Source of the DNA: Nemertoderma westbladi
Taxonomy: Eukaryota > Animalia > Xenacoelomorpha
Direction of reading: 5' to 3'
NCBI GenBank assembly: GCA_032718475.1
Contig: JAUCBJ010000858.1
Span: 1 to 61,733 of the forward strand
Length of the DNA stretch: 61,733 nt
Of the stretch, positions 40,158-52,947 are shown piece by piece (positions within the stretch are counted from its first letter, which is position 1; each line of letters begins with the position of its first letter). The position numbers and the translations under genes were made by a program. Under the pieces are notes generated by a model that saw only the letters and a list, made by a program, of their open reading frames with translations, ran no database searches and was not told where the DNA came from.

Positions 40158-40346
40158 GATAACGATGCTTTTTCCGAAAACTGCGCCCTCAGCCACAGAG
40201 GGGCTTGGTGGTATCAGTCGTGCAGCTGGTCCAACCTAAACGGCGTCTACGGTAGGGAGGGTCTGGAGGGACCTTATTGGTGGACATTCACTGACCCTGA
40301 GAGCTACGTACCGATGGAGAAAATAGAAATGAAGAACAGAGTTTAG
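40158..40346 (+). pseudogene. Orphan C-terminal fragment of a fibrinogen-related domain (FReD)
   Basis: DND...NCA....GAWWYQSCSWSNLNGVY...W.......MEKIEMK is the fibrinogen-C signature; I found no upstream exons. Confidence 0.75.
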
Positions 40347-40465
40347 CGTTATTACTATTGTTAACTAATAGATAGTCAAACCTACTTTGTAAAATATATA
40401 TACATACAGTTATTTAAATAAATAAGAATATCCTGGGAGGGGCGGGGGGGGGGGGGGGGTCATTA

Positions 40466-40895
40466 ACAGTATGTAGCCCATTGGCGCAATGTCCTGTCGT
40501 TGTGGGTACAGGAATCGAGATGGTACAGGGTTGCCGGCTGATCGCGCAGCACGCCCACGCGAGAGTTGTTCGCCTGGTGAAAGTCATGGTTCCGGCAAAC
40601 ACGGTGGTGGTGGTAGCCGTGTGTATCGCATTGAGATCAAGTGTCTATTAGGGCGGTTTGGACCAGTCCAATTGGTATCAGTAAATGCTGAATTAGTCCA
40701 CAAGTCGGGGTTAATTTCGCGTATTTTCAACATCGCGACATCTTTATACTTTTTAAATTCAGCGGAGTGAGGCAGATTTGGTTGTTTCACTAGTTCGATT
40801 AAGAGATTTCCCTCTACAAAATAGCTAGAACTAGACGGTTCTGTGTAGATTTGTGCACCCGAATTACCTTTTTGATAAAGTTTTATTTTGTCCAA
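40466..40895 (-). mobile_element. Probable decayed 3' end of a LINE ORF2
   Basis: AFTDTNWTGPNRPNRHLI, then after a frameshift GYHHHRVC..DFH...LYHLDSC, resembling His/Cys-rich LINE C-termini. Recognition from memory only. Confidence 0.45.
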
Positions 40896-41329
40896 TTGAT
40901 GTAAGTTAGTGGCTTTTAGAAAAGGTCATGTTTTCCGAAAGCAATAAGTAACAATATGATGTATTTTTATTTTAAATAATATAAGTCCGGTTGATACTGA
41001 AAGTTGAAAGTAAATGGGGGTTTCGGATTGTATGAGAAGCTGAATATATTCAATATCAATAATTGAATATATTAAATATATTCAATTATATTCAATCAAT
41101 ACAATAAAACAAAATCTACTTCCCGAGAAGACATATTAGTGGGAAATTATAAGACAAAAACAATGTATAACATTCTTAGGCGGTTCTTATTGACGAAAAT
41201 TTAAATTGGAAAGATCACATGTGCCACATATACACTAAAATTCATGGTCTTGGCGTCAGTACTAAATTTATGCTCGTCCTTTGGTCTGTTATATCTTTAA
41301 ATTTTATATTAGTTGTGATTGGTACGCAT

Positions 41330-41553
41330 TAGTTGTGATTGGTACGCATATCTCCGAGGAGATCATGCAAACTGTCGGAGTATTGCAGGGTGACAAGCTC
41401 TCCCCTTACTTATTTGCTATTTTTGTTGCCGACCTCCCAGCCATCTTGATTGTAACTGGTGTCTATGTTTACATGTACGCTGACGATTTGGTTATCATTG
41501 CACACAACATTGAACAAGCGCAAAATGATCTTAATAAATCAACAGAATAATAT
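41330..41553 (+). mobile_element. LINE RT fragment, left half (interrupted by the LTR element)
   Basis: GVLQGDKLSPYLF and YMYADDLVI motifs. Confidence 0.88.
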
Positions 41554-42464
41554 TGTAAAAGCTTTTGCGGAATTAGCCAGTTATTTTCCCCGCAAAGTAC
41601 TCTGTAGTTGGTTTAACAGGCAAAAAAGGCCGTGTCCTTACTGTACTGGTGTTTTAGAGGACATAAAAGCCATTTCTTCTGTATGTGTACTTTAGCGGAC
41701 ATAATTAGCAATTCTATGACGCAATGCGCTAGATCCTCTTGAAACAGTGTAGTTACTATGACGACAGCTAACAGCTGAGCTGTACACTAGTAGCTTTTCC
41801 TTGTTCTCTGGTGTTTCTTTGTTCGGTCAACCAATCAGAGCGATTCTCCTGCTTTTTGTACAGAAACCTCCGGGAAATCGCGCAATGCATTATGGGTCAA
41901 TGTTTACATTTTGTCCTGAGCCCAGAAGACCGGCTTTTGGAATCTCTGTGTTTTCAGTCTTTAGCCCAACATTAGTAGGCTTAATTATAGAACGTATATC
42001 TGTTATCATATCAATTCATATCAATCATAACTCACTCACCTAATCATATTGTCAACTACAAACACCACATTTTTACTGCTATTTACTGTCGGTTGTTCAT
42101 TATATCAGTTGATGGAATATTGTTATATTTGGATAATATCAATCAATAATCAGACACCCCAATCTCCTTGATATACTGAAGGTTAGAGAGACCGGTTACA
42201 TATAACGATTGCGACTTACATTAAAGTGGTTCTGAAGTGAATCTAATGCTATTTCATAGGCCCTACATGTATTGGTTGTTGTTCTCTTTATATGTGACTA
42301 AAATTAGTGAAGGTCGGCAGATCGGTGTGCAGCATTGTGCAGTATTGTGTATGATTGTGACTGATAACAAAGCATCTCCTAAAGAATGCGCCATATACGT
42401 GAATCTATAGCCATCCCGTAGTGTCTAGTTTAAGTCATAACTCTGTTTACATATTTAGAGCGCC
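41554..42464 (+). repeat. 5' LTR (truncated at its 3' end)
   Basis: About 7-8 differences by eye from 56026-56936 over about 910 bp; lacks the last ~280 bp of the 3' LTR. Confidence 0.92.
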
Positions 42465-42594
42465 CGTCCAGGCTGTTTAAGAGATTAGGGACTGTACACC
42501 CCTTGTTTCTTTTGGAGCTTACTTATTTCTGTCAGTTTTATTTATTTGTAGGCCAATATTGAGCAGAAGGCGTGTAAGCCTGCTCAGATTGTAC

Positions 42595-43465
42595 AGATAA
42601 TTTGTAGGCTGGACTGTTGTCTGACTGTTGTTAAGTCTGAAGGGACTGTAGTGTGTGTAGAGCGTATGTCCGAAAAAGTACTAGTTAGGAAAGTAGGGGC
42701 TGCCAGTGCTGTGAGGTGAACCCCCTCGAAAGAATAAGTCGTACTACTCGGTTAGAACGCATACTAACTAACCATTTCGGAGTCTGCATATACTGTAGTT
42801 TATTTAGGCTTGATAGTAGTCTGCCAGCGTTTGGTCTGTACTTTGTTTGTGTAGTCTGTATGGGTAGTGTAATATTTCTTATTTAGATAATTTGTAGGCT
42901 GGATTGTTGTCTGGCTGTTGTTGGGTCTGAAGAGATTTCGGTGTGTGTAGAGCGTATGTCCGAAAAAGTACTAGTTAGGAAAGTAGGGGCTGCCAGTGCT
43001 GTGAGGTGAACCCCCTCGAAAGAATAAGTCGTACTACTCGGTTAGAACGCATACTAACTAACCATTTCGGAGTCTGCATATACTGTAGTTTATTTAGGCT
43101 TGATAGTAGTCTGCCAGCGTTTGGTCTGTACTTTGTTTGTGTAGTCTGTATGGGTAGTGTAATATTTCTTATTTAGATAATTTGTAGGCTGGATTGTTGT
43201 CTGGCTGTTGTTGGGTCTGAAGAGATTTCGGTGTGTGTAGAGTATATGTCCGATAAAGTGCCAGTTGGGAACGTAGGGGCTTCCAGAGCTGTGAGGTAAA
43301 CCCCCTCGAAAGAATAAGTCGTACTACTCGGTTAGAACGCATACTAACTAACCATTTCGGAGTCTGCATATACCGTAGTTTGTTTAGGCTTGATAGTAGT
43401 CTGTCAGCATTTGGTCTGCATTTTGTTTGAGTAGTCTGTACGCGTAGCGTAATATTTATTATTCA
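42595..43465 (+). repeat. 290-bp tandem triplication in the retrotransposon leader
   Basis: AGATAATTTGTAGGCTGGA recurs at 42595, 42885 and 43175. Confidence 0.93.
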
Positions 43466-44815
43466 GAGTTTATGCGATTATTCGCAACATTCATATCCCC
43501 AAATTTATTCCTACAGTAATTGTGCTTGTTATATATACCGTTATAGTTAAATTAACCCCGGTACTACATCAGGGCTGCTTGGCGTTGGTAAAGACTGGTG
43601 ATTTTGTGCCCCGGTCACTCCAGCAGATACCGTGGTTCTTTTAGCTGTTCAAGTATTTTTAACTACTGATTATTTGTTGTATAAGTACTTGTACCTAATT
43701 TAGGGTTTAGTGTACAGTGCTTTCCGAAGGTGATTAGTGTGTAGGCAGTATATTTGTGTTGTAAAGTGGTTAATAGGCACGTTGGTTCTGGTAGACCGCG
43801 GTAATTAACTTCTAGGTAGGAACACTCCGTGATACATAACGTAGTACTTATAGCGATACGGCTATAAGTTGTCAGACGGTGGTATTTTTTCTATCTGGAC
43901 AACGCAATATATTACTACTACTTATTATTTTCAAATACCGTAGTACCCTGTCCCTTGTAATAACCAGATATTCTAACCCTTTGTTATGCTGGTTTGTAGA
44001 CTTCTTGTAAAATTACCGTAAATTACTTGTAAAAATTCGTACTTGTAATTTTTTTGTGTTTATTTAGAGATTGTAATCTCACCCCGAATTGTACGTAATT
44101 TGTAGTATTAAGTAACTTAGGTAAATTAGAATTATTTGTTTTAGTGTCCAACAAGTAGCACTCCACTGAGAGCGCACAGCTTCTGTGTAGTGACTCCCCC
44201 CAGAAATAATAACATTTATTTCAAATATTGACAAAAACCCATTTTAACGGGTATATATATATTATAAATCAACTCAAACGATTTATAAATAGTAGGCCTG
44301 CCATACAACAATTAGGTCTTAATATCAGTTGGACTACTGCTTAAATAACGGTAATAAAGTAAGTAAAAGTAACCAAGTAACCCCTAAAAATTCAGAAATT
44401 CAATTATTTAAAATAATTGACATACCGGTATTCACGATAGGCTTATTATATTTATTTTTATAAATTTAGGCTGAAATTATACCGGTATTCTGTAATTAAT
44501 TCTAGTCCATAATTATACTTATATATATACATTATAAGTGTAAGCTGTATACCGGTATTCACGATAGGCCTATTATATATTTATATATATTTGTGCTGAA
44601 ATTACATACCGGTATTCTGTGACAAACCTAGTCTGTAATAATACTTATATATATATACTATAAGTGTATACCGGTATTCTAATATATTATATATATATAT
44701 CACGCTACACTGAGTAGCAGTATTGGTAATTAATTACTAGGCTAACAGTGATACTGAATTACTAGACTTGCTTAAACTGTAATATAGCAGTAGGCATTCA
44801 ACTGTACAAACAAAC

Positions 44816-47800
44816 ATGTCTGACACAAAGCAAAACCTGTCAGACAGTCTCCTAGATACAACCATCTGTGACCCAGACAGGAGTGTGGAACGTGTGAGAC
44901 CGAAGTTCAACTCACCTCCTACTGTAAGAAAGATCATCCCTCCAGTAGTAGTATCAGACCCTAGGCTAGTCCAACACCGTAGGTCTATCATAGGCACTCG
45001 AGCTCAGGTCAAGCGGGACCATGAAGCAGCGGAACAGCAGCAACACTCGAGCCGAGAACTTATTTCTCAGCGGCCCGACAGCTCCAGTAGTGAGGATACT
45101 GTAGAGCTGACACCCGAGCACGGAGCAAAGATGACAGATGCGGTTTATTCGGATCCCCTTCTCATCCTTCCTGCAGCCGTACTCACTAGGGTATTGATTG
45201 CGGTGGAGGAACACCAGATTGATTGGGCGAGAAGTAAGCGATCGACTAAGGATAGTTATGCGGGATACACAAGGGAAGAACTGAAGTCTATTGTCGAGTC
45301 GCAATCGAACTTCCCCGGACCCGGACTCCCGTTTGACTTATCGGAAGCTGCCTGGGAAGACATACACGGGATGGGAGTAACAAAGGAAACCATCGATCCA
45401 GCTGTGTGGAAGAGGTCAGCAGCCGGATACGTACAGGGATTCTTCAGCTCCATGGAGCGATTAGAGGAACAATTGTTTAGATAACCACAAGGACCTCAAG
45501 AGCAGGGAGAGCTGCTTTATCAAGTTCGAGAAAGAATTCTAAGAATTAGACTAATCTTATCGGCCTTTGAGGAGGCTTCGAAAAGAAGACAAGACACGTC
45601 GTTGCAAGTTGCCGTAAAGACTTGGTTTCAGCGAGTGAGTCTCAAAGTTCAAGGAACTGCCCAGTGGAAATCTCAGCTGGCTGAGCGCTCAACTCATGGA
45701 GAATCAACAGATGCTACCTTTTCCCAAGTGGAAAGCGAAGCGACAGCAGAGAAGCCGCATAAGAGGGATGCTATTGACATCTATCTGTCAGACTATCAAC
45801 GCTTTGTAGGTGATGAAGAGTTGAGGAGAAGGCTAGATGGACTTAGCCCTAATAGTGAAGGAGCCAAGCTTGTGTTGGATGCAATCGATGTGGATATGAG
45901 AGCTGCGAACCAAGCTAAATTTGATGAACGCCTCTGCATCACTAGGGTCCAAGAAGAACAAGTAAAGAAAAAACGTATAGAAGACAGAAAGACAGCGGCA
46001 GTGGCAGCAGCAGTGGCAGCAGCAGAAGCGGAAAGAAAAGTGGCAGCAGCAGTGGCAGCAGCAGAAGCGGAAAGAAAAGCGGCAGTGGCAGCGGCAGCAG
46101 CAGAAGCGGCAGTGGCAGCGGCAGCGGCAGAAGCGGAAAGAAAAGTGACAGCAGCCGAAGCAGAAAGAAAGGCGGCAGTGGCAGCGGCAGAGGCAGTGGC
46201 AGAAGCAGAACGGAGAGCGGCTGAAGAAACCACCCAACTAGAATTGGAAAACATTCAGGAGAATCAAGACTGCATAAATAAACAGTTAACAGCTAGTCAA
46301 ATGTAGATGATGAGTCGATCAACTCCCAAAAGACAGGGATATACATCATCTGAGGAAGGCGATACCACCGATCCTGAAGGCGGAGGAAATAGATCTCGTC
46401 TAAGCAGACGTAGAAGAATGTCCCACCGTCAGAAATTGCCTGATTTGCCCCCAGCTGTTAGAAGGCAACTAACTAACACAAACTTAGGTAGTACAGAACC
46501 CACAGACCAAATAATTAACATAGAAAGACTCCCTACTATAGTAGATGAGCCTGAAATAATTAGGCCTGTTCTCGAAGCCACTCCTTCGGTGATAGAGACA
46601 CCTGTACTCCCAGAACCTACCTCTAAATTCCCTCTGCATAGCACTAAACTACCTGTGCCCAGCAGAACAGCCCATGAGACAGTTCCTGTTCTGGACTCCG
46701 AGCGAAATATCAATGATTTGTCGCCCGTTGTCCCCCATCCACCCGCTACTACGTTGGCGACTCCCGCTTCGGCGGTCGAGTGGGTAGATGAGAGACGGCG
46801 GGGGATGGATCTCCTGCTCGGGCAGAAGCAGTTCAAGGGCACAGTAAGGGAAAGTAGGTTAGAGTTGCAAGAAGTGCAGCAAAGTATCGCGTTAGAACGC
46901 GATAAATTAGTAAATACACAAAAGGGTATACCACCACCCCCTGTAACAATGTGTCAACCTGTTAGGTCTGAAGTATTTCATGCGCAAGGTGTGGAGCCTA
47001 CATGCATCTATACTGCTAGCGAAGTGGAAACTCCTATAGTAAACCCTATTAAGGGTAATTATAAACCTGTTGACAATGATATTCCATATAGACTTGATAA
47101 TAATCCGAGAAATTTATATACCGATAACTCGATATTAAATAACACGATGGCCCAAGAAAGTTTTACGCGTCAAATGGCTAGAACTGAAGCCCGCCAAGCG
47201 GTAAAGGTGGGAGAGATCGTCAAGTTCAATGGAGATGAGATGAAATGGTTACCTTTTAATGAATATTACAAAGATAACATACAGAACTCTGTGCTATCTA
47301 ACGGAGAGAAACTTAGATTCCTCATCGAGTGCTTGGAAGGATCTCCCAAGTTAATGGCGTTAAAGTTTATTGGACATCCCGATGGATTAAGACAAGTTTG
47401 GGATACCCTAAACATCAGGTATGGTAATAGGAATAACATAGCTAGGTATTTGTATACAAAATTGGTAGCGCCCCGAAAGTTCATTAGCAGCGGGATAATA
47501 GAGTTTTCCGATGAGATTCAAGAGATCTGTAGACAATTAGATTGGCTAGGTAAGTCTCATGAATATCAGAGTTCTATGGTTATTGGAGCTGTGGCCTCTA
47601 CCTTACCGAAGGGTGGAGTAGGTACACGCTGGGATAAGAAAGTGTTATATATGATGGAACAGCAATGACGAGACCCTACCATGGCTGATCTCATGTCATT
47701 CTTAGATGGAGAAGTGAAATTACAGCTCCTAAAGCAGTCCAGAGAGAAGACACCGGAAAACAAGGTAAGTGAGAAACCCGTTTCCAGGAGAAAGGTAACA

Positions 47801-50800
47801 CCAGTGTGTTATACCGACGACGGCGAAAGCCAGGCTTCTCAAGGAGAGGACAGCGGGAAAGACACTGAAAGATCTTATTATGTCAACAAAACGCCCAAAG
47901 ACGTAAGTAAATTCAGGTCTCGAACCAATGACAGGAGAGAACAGGTAAGAAAAACCCCTCCTACGTCTCCTAAGAGAATTCAGGTAAGAAAGCCCGAAGA
48001 AAGAACGAGTGTGCACAACGTTACTCAAAATAAGGTAAGTAACATCAAACCGAAATGTGCGCTGTGTGACGGGCCCCACCGTTTGAATGTGTGTGATGAA
48101 TTCCTAGAGAAATCATTAACGGAGAGACGGGAAGTCATGTGGGATAAGCGGTTGTGTTATAATTGCCTCAGACAAGGACACCAACGGCGAACCTGTTACT
48201 CCGACACAAGGTGTGCAAAGTGCGGTGCGAAACATCATATCTTGTTGCACACTGAATTCGAACGAAACAGCCTGAGTCAGGTAAGTGATTCCGAACTACA
48301 TGTCCAATTCAGTGATGTGAACGACACTGACCAAAGTTCTGAGATGGAAGGATTCTATACGGATGAATTCTCCGACGAAGATGAATCCTGTTACATGATA
48401 AATACCGCAGTGTATCGAGCACTTACGTATGAAAAAGACACAGACAGTGACCTCACCTTAACTACTTCTGATCGACAACCATCTTGGAAAGCGCCAACTT
48501 CCAATGTAGGAATCCGAGAATTTCCAGTAGTGCAGTTAAGGGTCCACGGACCTAAAAGGAGTTATATAGTGAACGCCCTTCTTGACTCCGGTAGCAAAGG
48601 AACATTCATCGACAAAGAACTAGCTGAAGACATCTTTGCTGGACAACCCAAGTGCCAAACTAAGCTAAATATGTCAGGAATTATGCAGGTTTGGAAATCT
48701 ACAGTAATAGCGGATTATTATGTAGGTGCGTTGTCCACCCCCCAGGATGAACTAGGAGAACATAGTATAAGGTCAGTAAAAATGGTGGCGATAAAGAACT
48801 TCGCTACCAGCCAAGTGGAACCTTATAACTGGGATGAGGACGATTTCACCCAGCAGCTTGAAATACCTAGATTCAACACCGATTACCCTGGAGTGCAAAT
48901 ACTCATCGGTCAAAACGCGCATGAAGCGCTCGAGACATTGGAGAAACGGCCTGCTCAACCGCAACCACTACAAGCTTATGCGGGAAGAACTAGAGTGGGT
49001 TGGTACTTTACTGGCCCTTCCCGTAGAACTCTCATGGAAAGATTACCGAAAGATCAGGTATATCAAGTAAGAGAATGGGAAGTTGAGAGCAGTGAGTTAG
49101 ACGATCCAACTGAGGGAACACCATACTCCTCAGATAATGACGATGTCCACCAACTCTTCGACGAGGAGAATACCATTGATCTCCTTAAGGAAAACGAGAC
49201 ATGGCAAAACCAAGTGAACTTATGTCAGCTCCTTCGTCCATCAGAACGAGACGACTATAACGACGAACTTAATGACGTCATTGAACGTTATAATGCCAAG
49301 ACTCGGGATGAACACGCCGTACGATTCTTTACTCAAGAGGCTGTAGAGCCCAATTCCTACGATAAGGCCCTATCGGTAGAAGAAGAAAGAGCCAAGCAGA
49401 TCCAAGAGACAACTACACGTTTTCTTAAAGATCAAGGTAGATATGAAATCGGTCTACCTTTCCGAAAGCGAGAACCAAAGTTCATAAACAACAGACCCTT
49501 GGCGGAGAAAAGAATTGCTCAACTACATCGACGCCTTACGGCAAATTCTTCAGCTAAAGAAATGTATCAAACGCAGTTGAAGAAATTTATTAGCAAGGGA
49601 TATGCGGAGCGAGTACCGGAAGAAACACCTATAACTGAGAGAACGTATTATTTAACTCACCATTACGTTCCCAAACCCGGTAAACCCCATGAGGTACGAG
49701 TGGTGTTTGATGGCTCCGCCCTCTACATGGGCCAATCCCTTAATTCCGAATTGTTACCCGGACCCAACTTACTCCAATCCTTGTTGGGAATACTCTTAAG
49801 ATTAAGACAATATTCAATCGCTTTTGCCTCAGATATAGAAGGCATGCTCTTACAAGTCAAGGCGCTGGATAGGGATCGAGATAGCCTACGATTTCTGTGG
49901 TGGCCTGAAGGAAACCTCAACCAGAAACCGGTGGAGTACTGGATGACCATCCAGGCTTTTGGGATAATCTCAAGCCCTTCAAACGCCTGTTCAGTGGTGC
50001 GCACCACTGCGGATGACAACCGAGAAGCCTTCTCTAAAGAGGTCATTGACAACATCAAACGGGATATATACATGGACGACAATCTAAAGTCCCTTCCATC
50101 AGTCGAAGAAGCCATTGATGTCGCTAAAGGAACGGTAGAGTGCTTAAAAAGAGGTGAATTTCGATTAACTAAATTCACCAGCAACTCCCGTGAGTTTCTG
50201 GAGTCGATCCCGGTAGAAGATCGAGGAGCGAAAGACCTAGATCTAATCCAAGATGATCTTCCAGAAACCAAGACACTTGGTTTGAAATGGGACACAGAGA
50301 GAGATATCCTGTTTTTCCAGCTAAAACAGCGAGATAATCCAGTTCGGACTAAACGGATTTGTTTAAGTATCCTGAGCACTTATTTCGATCCATTGGGATT
50401 TATTAGCCCAGTTATATTGATTGCTCGGAGTTTTGTACAACAAATGTGGCTTGAAAACCACTCATGGGACGATCCACTTAAGGGAGAATTATTAAAGAAG
50501 TGGATGAAATGGGAAGATTCTCTACCAGCCATCGAGAACTTTATAATTTCCCGTTCATATTTTGGTCATGTTCTCCCTACGTATTCCTATCAACTCCATG
50601 TGTTTGGAGACGCCAGCGATATGGGAATAGGTATAGTAGCCTACCTAAGAGTGGAAACTCCGGATGGAATCAAAGTCGCCTTGGTTACCTCTAAGGCATT
50701 GATAAACAACAAGTTGAAAGTTCCTCGAGCGGAGTTAAATGCGGCTCTATACGCTACAGCCATCGGCCGGAATGTAACAGAACAGATCGACTATCCACTG

Positions 50801-52947
50801 GAGAAAACTGTCTATTGGACCGATGCTTTACTCGTGTTGGAGTATATAACCAATGAAGTCTGTCAGTTCAGCGTCTTCGTTACTAACAGAGTAGCATTAT
50901 ACTCAGTCGCACGACGATGGATCAATGGAGACATTGCCCCAGAACGATCAATCCAGCAGACATCGCCTCCAGGGGAGCAACTCCACAAGAACTGGTAGAT
51001 ACTCCAGACTGGTTAGGTGGACCCGACTTCCTCTACAAAGAAGAAGAAGAATGGCCTCCTCATCTTACTACAGCAGAGATTAGACAGGCCAAGGGAGCGG
51101 AGAAAGTCAAACCTAAAACTCGGGCGAGTAAATCGAAGTTATTTAAACCTATGGTAGATCTGTCTGTACTACATACTTCCGGAGACGACGCTTTGGATCA
51201 GAAACCCACAGCCACAAATAAGTCTGTAGTGGAAATCCGTGAGAAGGATTGGAAATCTGGAATACCAGACGTCTCGCAAGGACTCTCACCTCTCCTGCAG
51301 AGAGCGATACATCACTACAGTTCCTGGAATCGGCTCTGTAAGGCCGTCACATATTTAAAACGATGTTTTCATCATCACTACTCCGGGACGAAGACCAATA
51401 GTGATACCGCTCCACTAACATCGGTGCAGGTCCATGTTGTTAAAGATCTTCCCAAATATAAGATATCCGACAGGTTTCTGAAGGAGAAGATCAGTTATCA
51501 GGAGCATGAAGAAACCAACAAGCAGATGCTGAGACTCCTGCAATGCTATGAGGATTCCGATAAGTATTTCCTGTTGTTGAGAAATCCACAGATGCGCTTA
51601 AGGGATCGTTTCTCTAGCACAATGATAGATGGGTTGATACGTGTTGGAGGAAGATTAACGAATGCTCCATTATCCTTTGACACTAAGTTTCCCATACTCA
51701 TTAGAAATCTTGAGATACAAGTCAAGATGATTGTAGATGTTCACAGCAAACTTTATCATGCTGGTAGAGAACGAGTTCTTAGCAAAATTCGAACTCGCTA
51801 TTATTTTTATAAACCCCGTAGAGCTCTGAACCAAGTTCTTAGGAACTGTATACTCTGTAGGAAAGCATTCAGTATGCCACAGAGAGAGGCAGAATTACCT
51901 AGGGAACGAGTAAGCTTCTATGAACCACCCTTTACTAATACCGGTATAGATTTATTTGGCCCTATTGAAGTATATCGTGCTAGGACTATAGTCAAGAGAT
52001 GGTGTGTCATCTTTGTTTGTATGACTTGTAGAGCTATCCATCTCGATATGGTGAACGATTTATCTACCAACAGCTTCCTATTAAGCTTACGACGACAGAT
52101 CGCTCGCTTTGGAACTAGTAACACGATGAGATCTGATAAGGGAACAAACTTCATTGGTGCCAACAATGAAATCAAAGCTTACGTCAAAGATTGGAACCAA
52201 AGACAGGTGGACGATCAGCTACGAGTAACAGCGTCTAGCTGGACCTTCAATGCCGCCGATGCCCCTTGGTGGGGAGGAAGTTGGGAGAGATTAATAAGAA
52301 GTGTGAAGACCGCATTTCACTTTATAGTGCCGTGCCGCGCTTATCTCACCGACGAACTTTTGCGGACGTTAATGGAGGAAATCGCCGCCTATCTCAACGA
52401 GAGACCGCTTATGCCAGTCTCATCGAGTCCCGATTCCCTGGAAGCGCTAACACCCGCGCACTTCCTACTGAAGAAACCTGTAGCCATGCTCCCACAATCG
52501 GAAATCACAGACGGAGACAAATACTACCGGCAAACTTGGCAACTCATGCAGTTGTTATCCCGTCGTTTCGCTGACCATTTCGAAAAACATTATCTGCCCA
52601 CGCTACATCTTCGAACTAAGTGGTTTGCGCAGCAAGAAAACGTCAGCGCTGGAGACATGGTCCTTATTGTGGATTCAGATCTTCCACGTAAGCGGTGGCA
52701 GACAGGTCGTATCATCGAGACTCACATCTCGGATGATGGTTTGGTGCGATCGGTAGAACTCGTCGTCATGCGACGTAACTTCAAGAAACCGGGAATTGTC
52801 TTCGAGACACAGCAGCTCAATCGCCCAGTTGGTCGTTTATGTTTACTGGAAAGAGAAAGAGAACTCTCCGGAAACTATGAAAGGCAAGATACTCTTCCCA
52901 CGACCACCTCCCTAATCCAACAAACATCTAGGGACTCCCCAACTTAA
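44816..52947 (+). pseudogene. BEL/Pao gag-pol polyprotein (about 2700 codons) with three in-frame stops and one frameshift
   Basis: ORFs at 44816, 45602, 46307 and 47681 share one frame, with stops at 45482, 46304 and 47666 and a frameshift near 50895. Motifs: DUF1759-like gag (KFNGDEMKW), three Zn knuckles (CALC, CYNC, CAKC..HH.LLH), protease LLDSGS, RT YMDD, RNase H FGDAS, integrase HAGRE/CILC/GIDLFGP/SDKGTNF/WERLIRSVK. Confidence 0.93.

Noticed and set aside
41801-42043. Identical 80-aa ORFs here and at 56273-56515
   Set aside because: A consequence of LTR duplication; non-ATG start and no domain.
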